NCBI RefSeq assembly: GCF_009914755.1
Contig: NC_060942.1
Length of the DNA stretch: 64,000 nt
Source of the DNA: the human T2T-CHM13v2.0 reference genome, Homo sapiens
Direction: 5' to 3' (one strand)
Positions 40,368 to 54,099 of the stretch are shown here, in pieces (position 1 is the first letter of the stretch; each line of letters starts with the position of its first letter). The notes under the pieces were generated by a model. The model did not search any database. It had not been told where the DNA came from and saw nothing but the letters and a program-made list of their open reading frames with translations. Both the position numbers and the translations under genes were made by a program.

Positions 40368-42401
40368 TCATTCTGTTTCTCTGAAGAACTTCGACTAATA
40401 GATGGTTTCACTTAATATTTAACTTTTATATTTTATAATACTGAATGCACTGGGATATGGGCATAACTTGCTGTCACAGGATTTCTTCTGACACATTATT
40501 TTTAATGTAGCTCTATAGCCAGGATGGAGCCTCTAAAATGTATCTTTCCCAAGCTACAAAGTACCAATTTACAGAGAGTGTGTGATATATGGGAACAATC
40601 ATAACCATTACTGAAATGCAGATTAACATCAAAGAATAGAAAGTTATCTACCTTCTATCATCTAGTTTAGCAAAATGAAATTCAATTGTGCTTATTACCT
40701 TTAGGTTCAAAATCATATTGGATTAATGACTGATTTAAGCATTGACAAATTAGACAGATATAGAAATGTATTTAAGCAAAGTGAACAGTATTCCCCCTTA
40801 AAATTCAAATACGTTTATTTTTTAAAAGATGCTGGCTTGCCATCTATTTTCATTTGTTGAGGAAATATTAATGCTTCCTAATCTAAACAAGCATCATAGA
40901 CATTTAATATGAAGAAATGAGATACACCCACTGCCTTTCAAAATTAGAAAAGATGAGGCTCTAGACAAAGACCCTGCTGCCTAGTCACACATTCTCTGAT
41001 GAATGGGCAGTGTCATTCCTGGATTCTAATGTTAATGAGCCATTTATAGTTGCTTACTTGAACTAAGACTCAAAACAGGTCAAATTCTTCTAGACTATTT
41101 AGAAAGTTACCAAATTATGCAGTTATATGTTTGTTTGTTTTCATTTTACAACATTTTGATTTTTCAAAATATATTGTGTGAAAATAATGTTGTATGTCAT
41201 ATTTATACATATTTAAACAGTAACTAGGAAGATAACGTTTCCACTTTCATTTTAAATACCCCCTATTTTATTAGAGAGGTAGGGAAGAGAGAAAACTAAT
41301 CTAGTGTAGCAGCCCAATATTGACAAGTTCCAAAATCACACACACACACATGCTGTTCTTTCTCTTCTTTTCATTATCTTATCTATGTCACTCCTCTTTT
41401 TTCCTCTTATTATAACGTTATTAGTTTTGTCGTGGAACAAATAGCCTTTGTGTCTTTTTTCTTTTTGGCCCAGAATTAGGTAATTTCATTTTTTATGTGT
41501 GCTCAAGTATTCATCCCCCTCAAGCAATTACTTCACAAGTGCTATGTCAGCACAAAGTAATTACATACTTTTACAGATTACTTGATAATTATTTCTGACA
41601 TCACTAAGTACTTTCAAATATAAATGTGCAATGTTGCTAGAATTCAGGATGACAAACCATTTAAATAGGTATCTGAAAGAGAATAAACCCACATTGGAAA
41701 GCATTTGTATTCTATTTTCTTAATTTGCACGTGAAAAGGGAATAAGTGCATGTGTAGCTAATAGGATTTATTGAACATAAAATGATTGTTCACAAAAAGT
41801 AAGTGGCCTTGATTTTTCCAAAGAGCAATATTAACTGTAGATACAACTTTTTGAAATCACAGAATGTTATCTCATTTTCATTGATTGATTAATTTGAAAA
41901 ATATTTATTGGATGTTTATCATTTCCCAGAAATAGTGCTAAATTCTGATGATACATTGGGGAACAAAAGAAAACTTGGTTTCTGTTCTTTTTTATTTTTT
42001 TGTCAGCCCGTTGGCATAAAGATTGGTCAAATACTCACACAAATAGATTATTAAAGTTGCAACTTTGTTAAGAAATACAAATGAGTGATACATAGTGCCA
42101 AAATATTACATTGAAATTTAACCTAGTCTATGTTGAGGGAAAAGGCAGAATATTAACTACTTATTCAATACTTGAAGGATGAAGAAGATATAAATTTGCA
42201 AGTAAATTCCAGGCAAAGACTTCAATTTTGGAGAAAATGCAAGAAATATATATGGCAGGCTCACAGAAAGGAAGGCAGTGTCTGACACAAGATGTGAGAG
42301 ACACGTTCCCATTGTGGACCATATCAAATATTACACTGGTGCAAAGAAGATTTGGGGGGCATATTTTTATGGTTTTAAGCATGCTAGAAATATGATCACC
42401 A

Positions 42402-42690
42402 GTTGGAGGTGCAATGGCTCATGCCTGTAATCTCAACACTCTGGGAGTCTGAGGTGAGTGGATCACTTGAGGTCAGGAGTTCAAGACCAGCCTGGCCAAC
42501 AGAGTGAAACCCCATCTCTACTAAAAATACAAAAATTAGCTGGGCGTGATGTCATGCACCTGTAGTACCAGCTACTCAGGAAGCTGAGGCAGGAGAATTG
42601 CTTGAACCTAGGAGGTGGAAATCGCAGTGAGCCAAGATTGTGCTGCTGTACTTCAGCCTGGGCAACAGAGCAAAACTCCATCAAAAAAAA
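42402..42690 (+). mobile_element. Alu, AluSx/Sz-like
   Basis: Full dimeric Alu; GATCACCAG duplicated at 42394-42402 and 42833-42841. Confidence 0.93.
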
Positions 42691-42830
42691 GAAAGGAAGG
42701 AAGGGAGGGAGGGAGGGAAAGAGAGAGAGAGAGAGGGAGGGAGGGAGGAAGGAAGAAAAGGAAGGAAGGAAGGAAGGAAGGAAGGAAGGAAGGAAGGAAG
42801 GAAGGAAGGAAGGAAGGAAGGAAGGAAGGA
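42683..42830 (+). repeat. Polypurine tract containing (GGAA)17
   Basis: 148 consecutive purines; perfect GGAA run at 42760-42827. Confidence 0.96.
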
Positions 42831-42837
42831 TGGATCA

Positions 42838-43057
42838 CCAGACTGGGAAATGTAGAGAGATCTTATCTCTACCAAAATGTTTTTAAAAATGAGCTGGACC
42901 TGTTGGCATTCATCTGCAGTTCCAACTACTCCAGAGGCTAAAGCAGGAATATCACATGAGCCCAGGAACTGAGGCTCCAGTGAGCTGTGATTGAACCACT
43001 GCACTACAGCCTGACAGAGTGAAACCTTTTCCCAAAAATAAAAAAGAAAATAAAAAG
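42838..43057 (+). mobile_element. 5'-truncated AluJ-like
   Basis: End of left arm, linker, diverged right arm and A-tail. TSD GAAATA(T/C)GATCA at 42387-42398 and 43058-43069. Confidence 0.85.
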
Positions 43058-43654
43058 GAAATACGATCAGATGTGAAAGCACCTAGGTGGAAAACTAGGA
43101 AGCAATTTAAGAAGCTGTTAGAATATTTCAGATGAGAGATCAAAAGTTGGGATTTAGATTGTAGTGGTAGAGAAATAAAGAGGAGAGTGATTTTGAAAGA
43201 TAGTTAAGGCAAGACTTGGCAAAACAGAGGATGAGGGGATAAAGGAAATCAAGAATATCTCTTACATTTCTGACTTGTACAACTGGAAATAAAGAACAAC
43301 TGGAGATGACTGGGTTTTCATGGAGAATCTTAAATTCTATGTTTTTGAGCATTTTCAGTTTGAAAATAAATCTTCTCAAGTAGTTATGCCAAATAAGTAT
43401 GTGAATGTATAAGCTGGATCTCAGATGGAAATTCTTGGGCAGATTTTGATGCTTAATATATGTTTAATGAATGAAGAAAGAAAAGCTTGTGTGAATTACT
43501 CAAGTTTAATTGTAGAGTCAAATTTCAACTGTTGGTCTCGTAACCCTATACTCTCTTTACTATGGCATGATGCCACATGTTGATATTTTATTTCAGAGAT
43601 AGCTCTCAAACGGCTATCACTTAGACTCATTTTTATTTATCTCAATTTTGTGCT

Positions 43655-43990
43655 CTTGGGGGTAACACATGCTTTTGGTGACTCACCCAGGTCCCCTAGC
43701 TGCTGTGAGTATGGGTTACTAATAGCTCACAAAAACCCTCTACAAACCATTTCCCTTTACCAACCAAAGCTACCTCATCAGAGAGATCTCTTATATTTGG
43801 TACCCTAAAGCCAATGACTAACCCTTATAGGGGTACAAAGGCTAGCTAGCTTCTTTACCTCAATCTGTGAAAACTTTGCAGTGCAATTTATACTTTAGTT
43901 ATCACACCATTTGGATCAGCTTAGGGGCAGGCAATGTCCTGAGATTACATTCTTGCTCAACCATTTCCAGTTCTCTCACTTCCTTTCAGC
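43655..43990 (+). mobile_element. LTR16-like ERVL LTR fragment
   Basis: agccaatgact...ggggtacaaaggc...cctcaatctgtgaaaact motifs. Confidence 0.5.
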
Positions 43991-43999
43991 TTCTTGTTT

Positions 44000-44528
44000 C
44001 AATATTGTGTTAAAACCACCCTCAGACTGAGTGGCTTTAAAACAGTGACACTTACTTTTCTCGCACATTGAAATTTGGGCAGAGGTTGGTGGGCACAGCT
44101 TTTATCTGTTCTACTCATTAGAGATTTGTTTGGCTGAAATCATTTGAAGACCAATTCATACTGACACTACAAACTGGAACTGACATATTCCTTGGAGTCT
44201 ATCACTTTCCATAATCCCTCCACACAATTCCTCCAGAATGGTAACTTCAGGGTAAACAGACTTCTTACTTGTTAACTATACACCCTGAGACATTATTCAC
44301 AAAACAGTGTTTAAGCAGAAGCTCTATCCTTCTCACTGTGTAGCCTCAGAAATCACATAGCATCTCCACTGCTACATTCTCTTGTTTGGAGCAGTAACCG
44401 GCCCACCCAGGCTCAAGGGAAAGAAAAGCTGACTTCAACTCTTGAGAGGAGATGTGGGAAGGTTCAAAAAGAACATATGAGACTGGACATACCATTGTGG
44501 ATATTTTTGAAAAGCACAACTTTCCACA
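44000..44528 (-). mobile_element. MLT1 (H/I-type) LTR
   Basis: aaccaccctcagactgagtggctttaaaaca...cccaggctcaaggg...tttttgaaaagcacaactttccaca. Confidence 0.7.
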
Positions 44529-45650
44529 CTTCAGTAAATCACATTCATCTGTATCCCTATCTCATGCTTTCCTTCTAGATAATCCAGGGAAAGCCATTGA
44601 CAAGAGTGAATTGGCCTCTTATGCTCCTAATCTTTTGATAGGAACAGTTTCTAATTAATATTATGTTTTTCAAATATACATACCCGAATAATCTAGCTAT
44701 TAAAAAATGCTTTTAGTAATACTCTTTATGACATTTACTGTCATATGCTCCTGAAATTCTGTATACATAAATTTAGTGTTTGTATTAAGCATGTTGAGTC
44801 TAAATACAGTTCCAATAGAAATATGTCAATCAATAATCTATCCTTTTGCATCATTATGTGTTTCATACAGGATTTTCAAGAAATATTTGTGACTTTCTCT
44901 AACAATCTTCATAGTACATACATTTTTTTCAAATAAAGGATTTTGTCTAGTTCTTAAGATTTGAAAAAGAAAATTATGTTATGTAATACTGATGGAATTT
45001 TATAAAATTTAGTAGCTTTTTAAAAATATAGGATATAGCTTAGAATAGAAAGTTAAATGCTAAAAACCTTATTCTTCAAAGAGTAAACTGAAGATAAGAC
45101 ATCGGCTCAGATTGTCCCCTAGGGACCATGTTGTGCTTATCACTAATTTATACCTTTTTATTATTTCTGAGTCTGTTTAACATTCACCTGCTGACCATTT
45201 GCTGATTAATTCACCCATTCCTCTAGGAACCATTCTATTCCAATATGAAGTAAAAGGAAATGGAAAATAAGAGTTTTTTAAAAGCCACTAGAGAGATTTA
45301 AATTTTGGGTCAAAGCATGAGAAGTTGAGCATTCATGAAATAAAATTAAGGAGAAAGAATAGGGTTGTGCTGGTTGAATAACAAAAGAGGTTAAAAAAAA
45401 GAAAGGAAAATACAGTGTACCATAGACTGGCCCCCTTTCTCTCAAAGCCAGCCATGGAACTTACTGAGAGTAGGACTGAGCCAGAATTAGAAAGCACTGT
45501 AGGCCTAGATTACCACATGTATCTGTCTAAGTACTGAGCTCTGTTGTTGGCTTAGATGTTTTGTCATTTAAATTTCAAAGTGGATAGTTTGTGCATTTTC
45601 TTCTTTCTTTGATAGTTCATATGTAGCTTTATTTATAAGAGGCAAAATTT

Positions 45651-45955
45651 GGCTGGGTGTGGTGGCTCACGCCTGTAATCCCAGCACTTTAGGAGGCTGA
45701 GGTGGGCGGATCACGAGGTCAGGAGTTCGAGACCAGCCTAACCAACATGTGAAACCCCATCTCTACTAAAAATACAAAAATTAGCTGGGCGTAGTGGCAT
45801 GCACCTGTAATCTCAGCTACTCAGGAGGCTGAGGCAAGAGAAAAGCTTGAACCCGGTAGGCGGAGGTTGCAGTGAGCCAAGATCACGACACTGCACTCCA
45901 TCCTGGCAAACAGAGCTAGACTCCATCTCAAGAAAACAAACAAACAAACAAAAAA
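45651..45955 (+). mobile_element. Alu, AluSg-like
   Basis: ggatcacgaggtcaggagttcgagacc variant, full dimer, (AAAC) tail. Confidence 0.94.
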
Positions 45956-45984
45956 GCCAAAATATCTTACAATAGGTCAATGTT

Positions 45985-46145
45985 GAACAGACTCAGCAAT
46001 AAAAAGGAATAAACTAATGATAAGCACAACATGGATGTATCTCAATGGTATTGTGCTGAGTGAAAAAAAATCAGTCCCAAAAGATCATATACTGGATGAT
46101 TCCATTTATGTAACTTTCTTGAAATGGCAAAGTTAAAGAGAGACA
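45985..46145 (+). mobile_element. L1ME 3' fragment
   Basis: actcagcaataaaaaggaataaacta...acatggatgtatctca...gattccatttat. Confidence 0.75.
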
Positions 46146-46149
46146 GAGA

Positions 46150-46310
46150 CATGTTATATTTAACTGAATGTATTTGAAATATTAATCTATTAACATAAAA
46201 TTTGTATTATAAATGTAATGAGTTGCTTTGCATTCTTTTTCATACTGAGTCTTCAAGGTGCATTGTGTATTTTATATGCATGGTACATTCAAATTTGGAT
46301 TTACTACATT
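46150..46310. mobile_element. MER33/MER3 hAT fragment
   Basis: cattctttttcatactgagtctt...gtgtatttta...aatttgga motifs. Confidence 0.6.
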
Positions 46311-47722
46311 TTTATTATTTATTTTATTGCATGTATGTAAGGTATATAGAATAATGTTTTGGTATACATATACATAGTGAAATAATTAGCCAAGCAAATT
46401 AGTCAGCAAATTCCTCACCTTCCATAGTTAACATTACTTTCTCTTTTGAGGAAATGGGACTCAAGGTCTACACTCAGCAAATTTTCATTATGCTGCACAA
46501 TATTGTTAAGTTGCAGGCCTCATGCAGTACATTAGGTCTCTCAATTTACTCATCTATATAACTGCAAACTTACACATTTTGACCTACTTCTCATTTCCTT
46601 CTCCTCCCTGCTTCTGGTTATACCACTGCTCTATTTTATTCTCTGTTTCTGTGTATTCAGCTTATTTTTAGACTCCAAATATGAGAGAGATCATGCAGTA
46701 TTTTTCTTTCTGTGTCTGGCCTATTTCACTTAGCATAATGTCTATCAGTTTCATCTATGTTGTCATAAATGGTAGTATTTTTTTTCTTTTGTAAAGCTGA
46801 ATAATGTTTCAGTATATATATGTACCACAATTTCTTTGTTTCCTCATTCATCAATGAACATGTAGGTTAGTTCTGTACCTTGGCTATTGTGAATGATGTT
46901 AGAATGAGCATGGGACTGTAGAGATCTCTACAGAGTGCTGGTTTCATTTCCTTCGGGTATATATCCAGCAGAGGGGTTGCTGGGTCATATGGTAGTTCTA
47001 TTTTTGATTGTTTGAGGAACTGCCATACAGTTTTTCATAATGACATAATTTACATTTCTATCCACAGCATATAAGGAGTCCCTTTCTCAACACTCTCGCT
47101 GACTACATATTATCTCTTGTCTTTTTGATAACAGCCATTCTAATAGATGTGATGTGATATTTCATGGTGGTTATGATTTGTATTTTTCTGATGATTGATA
47201 AAGTTGAGCATTTTTTAAACATACCTGTTGGTCATTTTTATGACATCTTTGGAAATATGTCTATTCAGATCTTTGCCCATTTTTGAATGTTTCTTTGCTT
47301 GTTTTTCCTTTTTGCTATTGAGTTGTGTGAGTTCCTTATATATTTTTGTATTTAGTCCCTTGATTAATGAGATATTTGGTTCAGAAATGTTTTCTATCAG
47401 TCCTTATGCTCCCTTTTTTGGATTGTTTTCTTTGTTGTGCAGAGATATTTAGTTTAACTTTATCCTACTTGCTTATTTTTGCTCTTGTTGCCTGAGCTTT
47501 TGGTGTGGTGCGTCATCCAAAAAAAATCATTGCCAACGCCAATGTCAGGGAGCTTTCCACCCATGTTTTCTTCTGAGAGTTTTATGGTTTCAGGTCTATA
47601 TTTAGGTCTTTAATCCACATAATGTTGAATTTTGTGTATAGTGTAAGATAAGAGTCTCATTTAATTATTTTGTATGTGGATATCCAGCTTTCTCAACACC
47701 ATTTAATAAAGAGACTATCCTT
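46311..47722 (-). mobile_element. L1MA-type 3' 1.4 kb
   Basis: gagatcatgcagtatttttctttctgtgtctggcctatttcacttagcataatg and continuous ORF2 antisense sequence. Confidence 0.9.
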
Positions 47723-48114
47723 ATCTTCTGAGCCATATTTTGCTTTCCTTTATTTCACTATTGTAAACCAAGTTATTTTCATACCAATGTACATGTAAGT
47801 AATCCTTCAACTTTACAATCTGGAGAAACACAAGTTGTTGATGTTAATTACTCCTCTGCCACCTGTGTTTTCAGTGAAAGGTTCTGCCAACTCACTTAGG
47901 TTTAATTCTTGCTACATTTAGAACTTGTGAGATTTTTAAAAAATATGTGAATAACTTTGCGAACCATGATAAAATGTTTATCGATTCAAATGAAAATATT
48001 TCTCAGTGTTCACTACAGGTTGAACCTATTGTTGGATACTTCATAAAAATGAATGTAATTGATTTTTACACATGCATAGGAGATTAATATTTGTCCCTTT
48101 GATTTTATTTATTC

Positions 48115-48250
48115 ATTCTCATGAATAAATGAGAAACTGAGACGCAGATAAATTAAATTGCACTTATGGGGTAAAAGATATGGTAGATTTTAAAAGCTGA
48201 GATTTTAATCCATGATTCTCTGACTCTAAAACAAAAACTTATTATATTGC
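48115..48250 (-). mobile_element. MIR fragment
   Basis: aatgagaaactgagacgcaga...tctgactctaaa. Confidence 0.6.
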
Positions 48251-48550
48251 TGTTGGCTCTGAATTAACCAAAATGCTTAAAGAATTCTTGAATAAATGAT
48301 TGAAAAATTCTCAGCAACATCTTATAAAAATTAATTTCTTTTACCTTGGGTCTTTTAATATTTTGAATAGTTATTTTGGTTCTTGTTTATCATTGAAATA
48401 TATGTATATATATATAATATTAGTATGTTTTAGATTCCTTAGTATTTATAAGCAAAATAATAACTTCAGATTAATTTGCAGGCAAAATTTAAAGTCTTTG
48501 ATTTTACTGGGATTGATATTCAATTGATAAATTTTTATATTTTAATTTAA

Positions 48551-48781
<231 letters not shown>

Positions 48782-50399
48782 TGAGCATAAAATTAACCCT
48801 TGTGAAATTTAATCTGTAATTTACACAAATAGTCATGCTCTAATTACCGTTTTGAAAATGAAAACACAATATGCAGCACTGGTTTGTTTTGTTGCTTATT
48901 AACCTAAAATTGTACACACGTTTTTAATCCAACATTTTATATAATTGAATTGTGTGAAAAGTTTCTGAATTAGTAAAATGCTTGGGTAATATTAACCAAA
49001 AGAACCATGTAATACCACTTGATAATCATTTGTCATATAAAGTTCTTTGTCAAATAACTAAGAGTTCGATACAGCACACCAGATAAAAAGTTGATATTGA
49101 CATAAGCATCTAAATTGCAGGTCAACCTATTTCTTAGCAATTTTTGAAGAATGTCTTTGTTTTCTTTAAGAATATAGTCTTTAAACCATTTATGATGGCA
49201 TTTATAAGGGTAACTGTAAAAATTTCCAAAACTTATTAATAGTTTTCCAATCGAATAGTGCCCAGTAATTGTGAAACAGGTTACTTGCTTCTGGTTCGTC
49301 AAAAACAGTCTCTTTTTCTAACAGTTTCATTAAAGCTTCTTTAAATTCCATATAATTCCACTAATTCATATTCAACGAGGACACTGTTTTTTGTCTGACC
49401 TAGAGTTTTGGATCATAGGGATGTGGACCAACCAGTCAGTCAACAGATATTTAGTTGGCCACTAGGAAAATAAATTATGGAAGAGTTTTAGTGACAATGT
49501 GTTAAAAAGAGAAATATCTGATTATCTAATTGGAGAATCAGAAGATAACACAAAAAATTAGGAGGAAAGCCAACATGTGCATAGATAATAGTTGAGATTT
49601 TCTCTGAAATAAAAAAAAAGTAAAGTCTAAGATTTGGGGAACAGAGTGAATAAATAGACAAATGATAACTGTACTCCATGTCTTCTTGGTTTTAATTACT
49701 CATCTGGGTCCTCTGCCCATGACAGGTGCTCTAATTCTGTCCCTGCTAAGGCTCCTTTAGGGATCTTCAGGGAGGAAAGTAGGCCCTGTACCCCATCTTC
49801 TCACCTAGGCTTGTCCTTTATACTTCAGATCTTTTAAGTTCCATTGTAACCACAACTCTCTGACACTTAAAAAAAAAACATTTTAGTTTATCCGATTTTG
49901 TTAATTGTTAGAGTGTTTTGTCATCAACTTCTACAATCTAATTGGAGGCAGAAGTCTTATTTGTCATGCAATAGTTATACCTTTTTGTATATATGAAATA
50001 TGTCACAGAAAATTTTAATAGAGTCATGTAGATATTTGCTATGCTATGGTTTAATGTTTAGGTTAATAATTAGAGTCTTGAAAATAATGTGAAAAATTTT
50101 GGAATTTCACAGAAACAAAAATTTAATTTAAAAAATGTGTCTGAGTGATGAAGATTATTGGTTCCTGTATCTGAAGGAGGGTCTGCCTTCTCCTAGCCAT
50201 TTTTTAATATACAGTATTTCTCTTAAATGATACAAACATTGTTTATTTGGAGGAATATATTTACCATTGTTACTGAGTGAAGTAAAAACTGTTATATATG
50301 CTGTATGGAGTTCAGAATTTTAAAAGATATTCGTTTAGTTCTGCATGCTTTCTGTGAAATTTCCATCAGATTCCATAGGTTTTCTTTCTTTAATTTTTT

Positions 50400-50950
50400 A
50401 AAGTACACTTTTGAACAGGCTCCTTTTTTTGTTAAAGATCAACACTTAATTTCTCAACATGGCCTTTAATGACTTCTGTGATTGAAATTCTTGCTCTCGA
50501 GATACAATTTTATCTCTTATATTTCTCACTCACTACATTGAGTAGTGCACTTTATTTTAGTTTTCCAAATACATCAAGGTCCTTTCTGATTCAAATTCTT
50601 ACATAGATTGTCTCTGGTTCTTGAGAAGTTCCTGCCTTCCTCTGTGCCTAACTCTTAAGCAGCTTTCAGCATTCAGTGTAAATTTTACTTTCCTAACCTC
50701 TCATGTCAAGATCAAATTTTTTCTGTTACACCTTCATATAACACACTGTACTTATTTTGACTTGTTCTTTATAATAGATACCACCACTGTTATTATATAA
50801 TTGTTACGCATTTTTGATTTATTATCTCCGTCCCCCATTAGATTGTGGCATGAGACTATGAAGGCTATCTGTACATTTACAATTATCCCAAGTCTTACAC
50901 AGAACCTGGTACCTAGTATGTACCCAGTAGTTCTCTTATAGGATCTGATA
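50400..50950 (+). mobile_element. L2 fragment
   Basis: tccccattagattgtggcatgagac...cagaacctggtacctagta 3' motifs. Confidence 0.6.
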
Positions 50951-51569
50951 CTCAGCAAATATTGGTGTACAGAAAGCTTGAATGTATCAGCCTAATTTTT
51001 TTGTCTTGTATTTGAGCAGCCAAACTATCTTTGTCAATGTTTATTTTTAATTTTTTTCTTTCCATAGGCTGCTTAAGTATTATATTTTTAATAGAATATT
51101 TTTAGTTACCACATTTAACCAATTCAAAATAGAATTATCTTTAAGGATTTACTGCATAATATATGTCACCAGAGCTTGTTATAATATTTTCCTATAATTA
51201 ACTCATATAAAGTAAATGTAAATTGAATCTTAAAATTTTTTTATCTTAACGTATATCTATAGGATAACTTAGGTTGTGGTACTTGGTATTGATTTTTTTA
51301 AATGCATGTCAATACCATTAATAATTCATCTGCTTGCCGCATGTCTGCATGAACTTTGTGGTCACTGACTGATGGGAGGGGTGGAGACAGACAATTTGGT
51401 TGAGATAATTGAAGTACATACCATACAATTTTTGTCCTGAGGATTATCTGATTTCCAAGTGAACTGGCAAATCTTCATTAAAATGAAATATAGATGCTAA
51501 TTTTCATATTTTTAAGTGAGAGTGAAAACTGCTATTATGTTCCTCAAAAAATATGTATCAAGAACCTGA

Positions 51570-51950
<381 letters not shown>

Positions 51951-54099
51951 ACATATTCATTTTTATACAGTAATTTATAATAATCATTCTATGACTAACT
52001 AGATACACCCACAGAAAAGTGAGTACTTATGTTCTTATGGCAACACCTTAAATATTATGCAACTTGGAAATGAAGTAAATGTGCCTCAGTTTGAAAATGA
52101 TTATATAAAATTAGTATATCCATACAAGGTAATGCTAAACATTCGTTCAAAAAATAACATTTAAAATTTGGAAAATGAAGATTTTGAAAATGCTATCGGC
52201 ATAAAGCTAAGTAAAAGCTGATGCAAAATGGTAGATGCAATAATATGTAATGTGTCAATTAGATACAGGCATTTTATACACATATACACATACAAAAACA
52301 TAGCACAATACTAATACAAATATAAAATACTACATGCAATAGTAAAATGATTAGAAATAAATGTATGTTATACATAAGTGTATATACCACACTTACACAT
52401 ATAGAAACATACCTGGAAAGAAGACAGAAGACATAGTCAAATATTAGTTGTCATTTTCTCTGCATGGATGTTTAGGTAATGTTTCTACTCCATAATAGTC
52501 TGTATTTTCTAAAAAAAAATTATATAAATTAAATATTACTTTTATAAAGCTATGAGATATTATTTTTAAAGTTGTCTTACTGATAATTTCCAAATTCCAC
52601 AATTAATTGGTGTATGATTATTTTATTTTTAGTTCCAGGTTTTGCTTTTTTTTTCAGTTTTCTTTTTTTTTAGCTACTCTTTGATTATGTACTTTCAACA
52701 CATAGATATCTGTGTTTTTTCCATTTCACAGTTATATACTACACTGAAAAATTTAAATAATTATCCTTTTATTTCATTTTTTCTCTTCTTTCACAATGTA
52801 TTCAGAAATAGATTTTAAAAGGAATAACATTATCTGTATTGTAATTCTCTAAGAGGAAAAAGTGATAAGCAATCCACACATGATTCTCACTTATGAGGTC
52901 TTCAAAGGCTGCTGTGCTTCACTATCTTTTAAGAGTTATAATTTTTTTTGAGTTTTTTATCCTGACAAGAAGATACATGAAGACTGAATTTTTACATTAA
53001 TGCTGTATTTGTGAAATATAAATATCTTGATCTCCAAAGGTTTTGCAGACAACTACCATTATAAAAATCTCCTGTCATTAAGAACTTTTGTGAATGATAG
53101 AAAATATGTTGGTTAGCAAATAAAGATAATCAGCATGTAGAAATCACTGAGCAGCATTATATGTCGATAATTAAACTATTCAACTTGTGAGCATTCTGCA
53201 TTTCATGTCAGGAAATAGCTTTCTCTGGAAAACTACAGAATGATAGGTTGGAATTCTGAATTTATTGAAGGTTGGAAAATAGGGAAAACTCTCTATTATT
53301 AAACGATAAGACATAAAATATGGCCATAGAATCAATTTGTCCTAATGTACAGACCAAACACTGGACAATTTTTTTTCTCAAAATGTTCTTTCTGAGCTTC
53401 TGAAATACTATTTTTTCTTTGTTTTTCCCCTATCTCTCTGGTAGTTTCTTGTTCACTCCTCTTTGGAAAAGAGCCTATGATTGAATAGGAAAAAGAGGGG
53501 AAAAGGAGTTATCTCCAGTCACCTCAGCATAAAAATTAACATGAATTTTTTATAATCTTTTTGAGCATAACCCTTGTCATAGATTAAATTGATAACTAAT
53601 ATTAGACTAGACTCCAATATCAGGCTAGAGTCCAACAGTGCAATGGAATTAAACATCTAATAATAGGATATTCCCTTTTTCCACATATTCCTGGCTATTT
53701 GCATGTGATTATGATATGTAATACCTTGTATTCAATGTCTCTGTTTCTGTGATTGTCTCCGTGTAGATACTGCAACTCTTTGAAGCTGGGGTAAGTGACA
53801 TATTCCTCATCTTATTTGCTTTGCTTAGCTATGTAACTGTACAATGAATGGTAGCTTTAAAATAACATTGTATTCTCATTTAGTGAATATCTTGAACTCT
53901 TGCCTTTAAAATTTAAGGAAAGACAACTGCCCCCCAAAAGAGACTAGGCATGAAGCCTTGCTTACCTGGCAGGGTCAGATGCTGCCAAATACATACCAAA
54001 AAATTATCTGACATTTTAAAATAGATTTTTAAAAGGATACGTGTTTACTAGTTAGAGAATAGAGAAACTCTAGGGATAGAAGACATTAGGGAAATGAGT

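Larger units (their letters stand above)
41875..43440 (-). mobile_element. L2, interrupted by two Alus
   Basis: L2 3' end antisense (aaatatttattgga) at 41900; L2 motifs resume after 43070 (tttctgacttgtacaactgg). Confidence 0.65.

Noticed and set aside
42602-43082. Several overlapping ORFs rich in G/R/K/E or P/S/F/L
   Set aside because: Translations of the GGAA microsatellite and Alu sequence.
49033-49355. Protein-looking minus-strand frames (MEFKEALMKLLEKETVFDEPEASNLF...; KWFKDYILKENKDILQKLL...)
   Set aside because: Short, in different frames, with no family I can recognise. A tBLASTx/Dfam search would be needed to exclude a decayed transposase or pseudogene.
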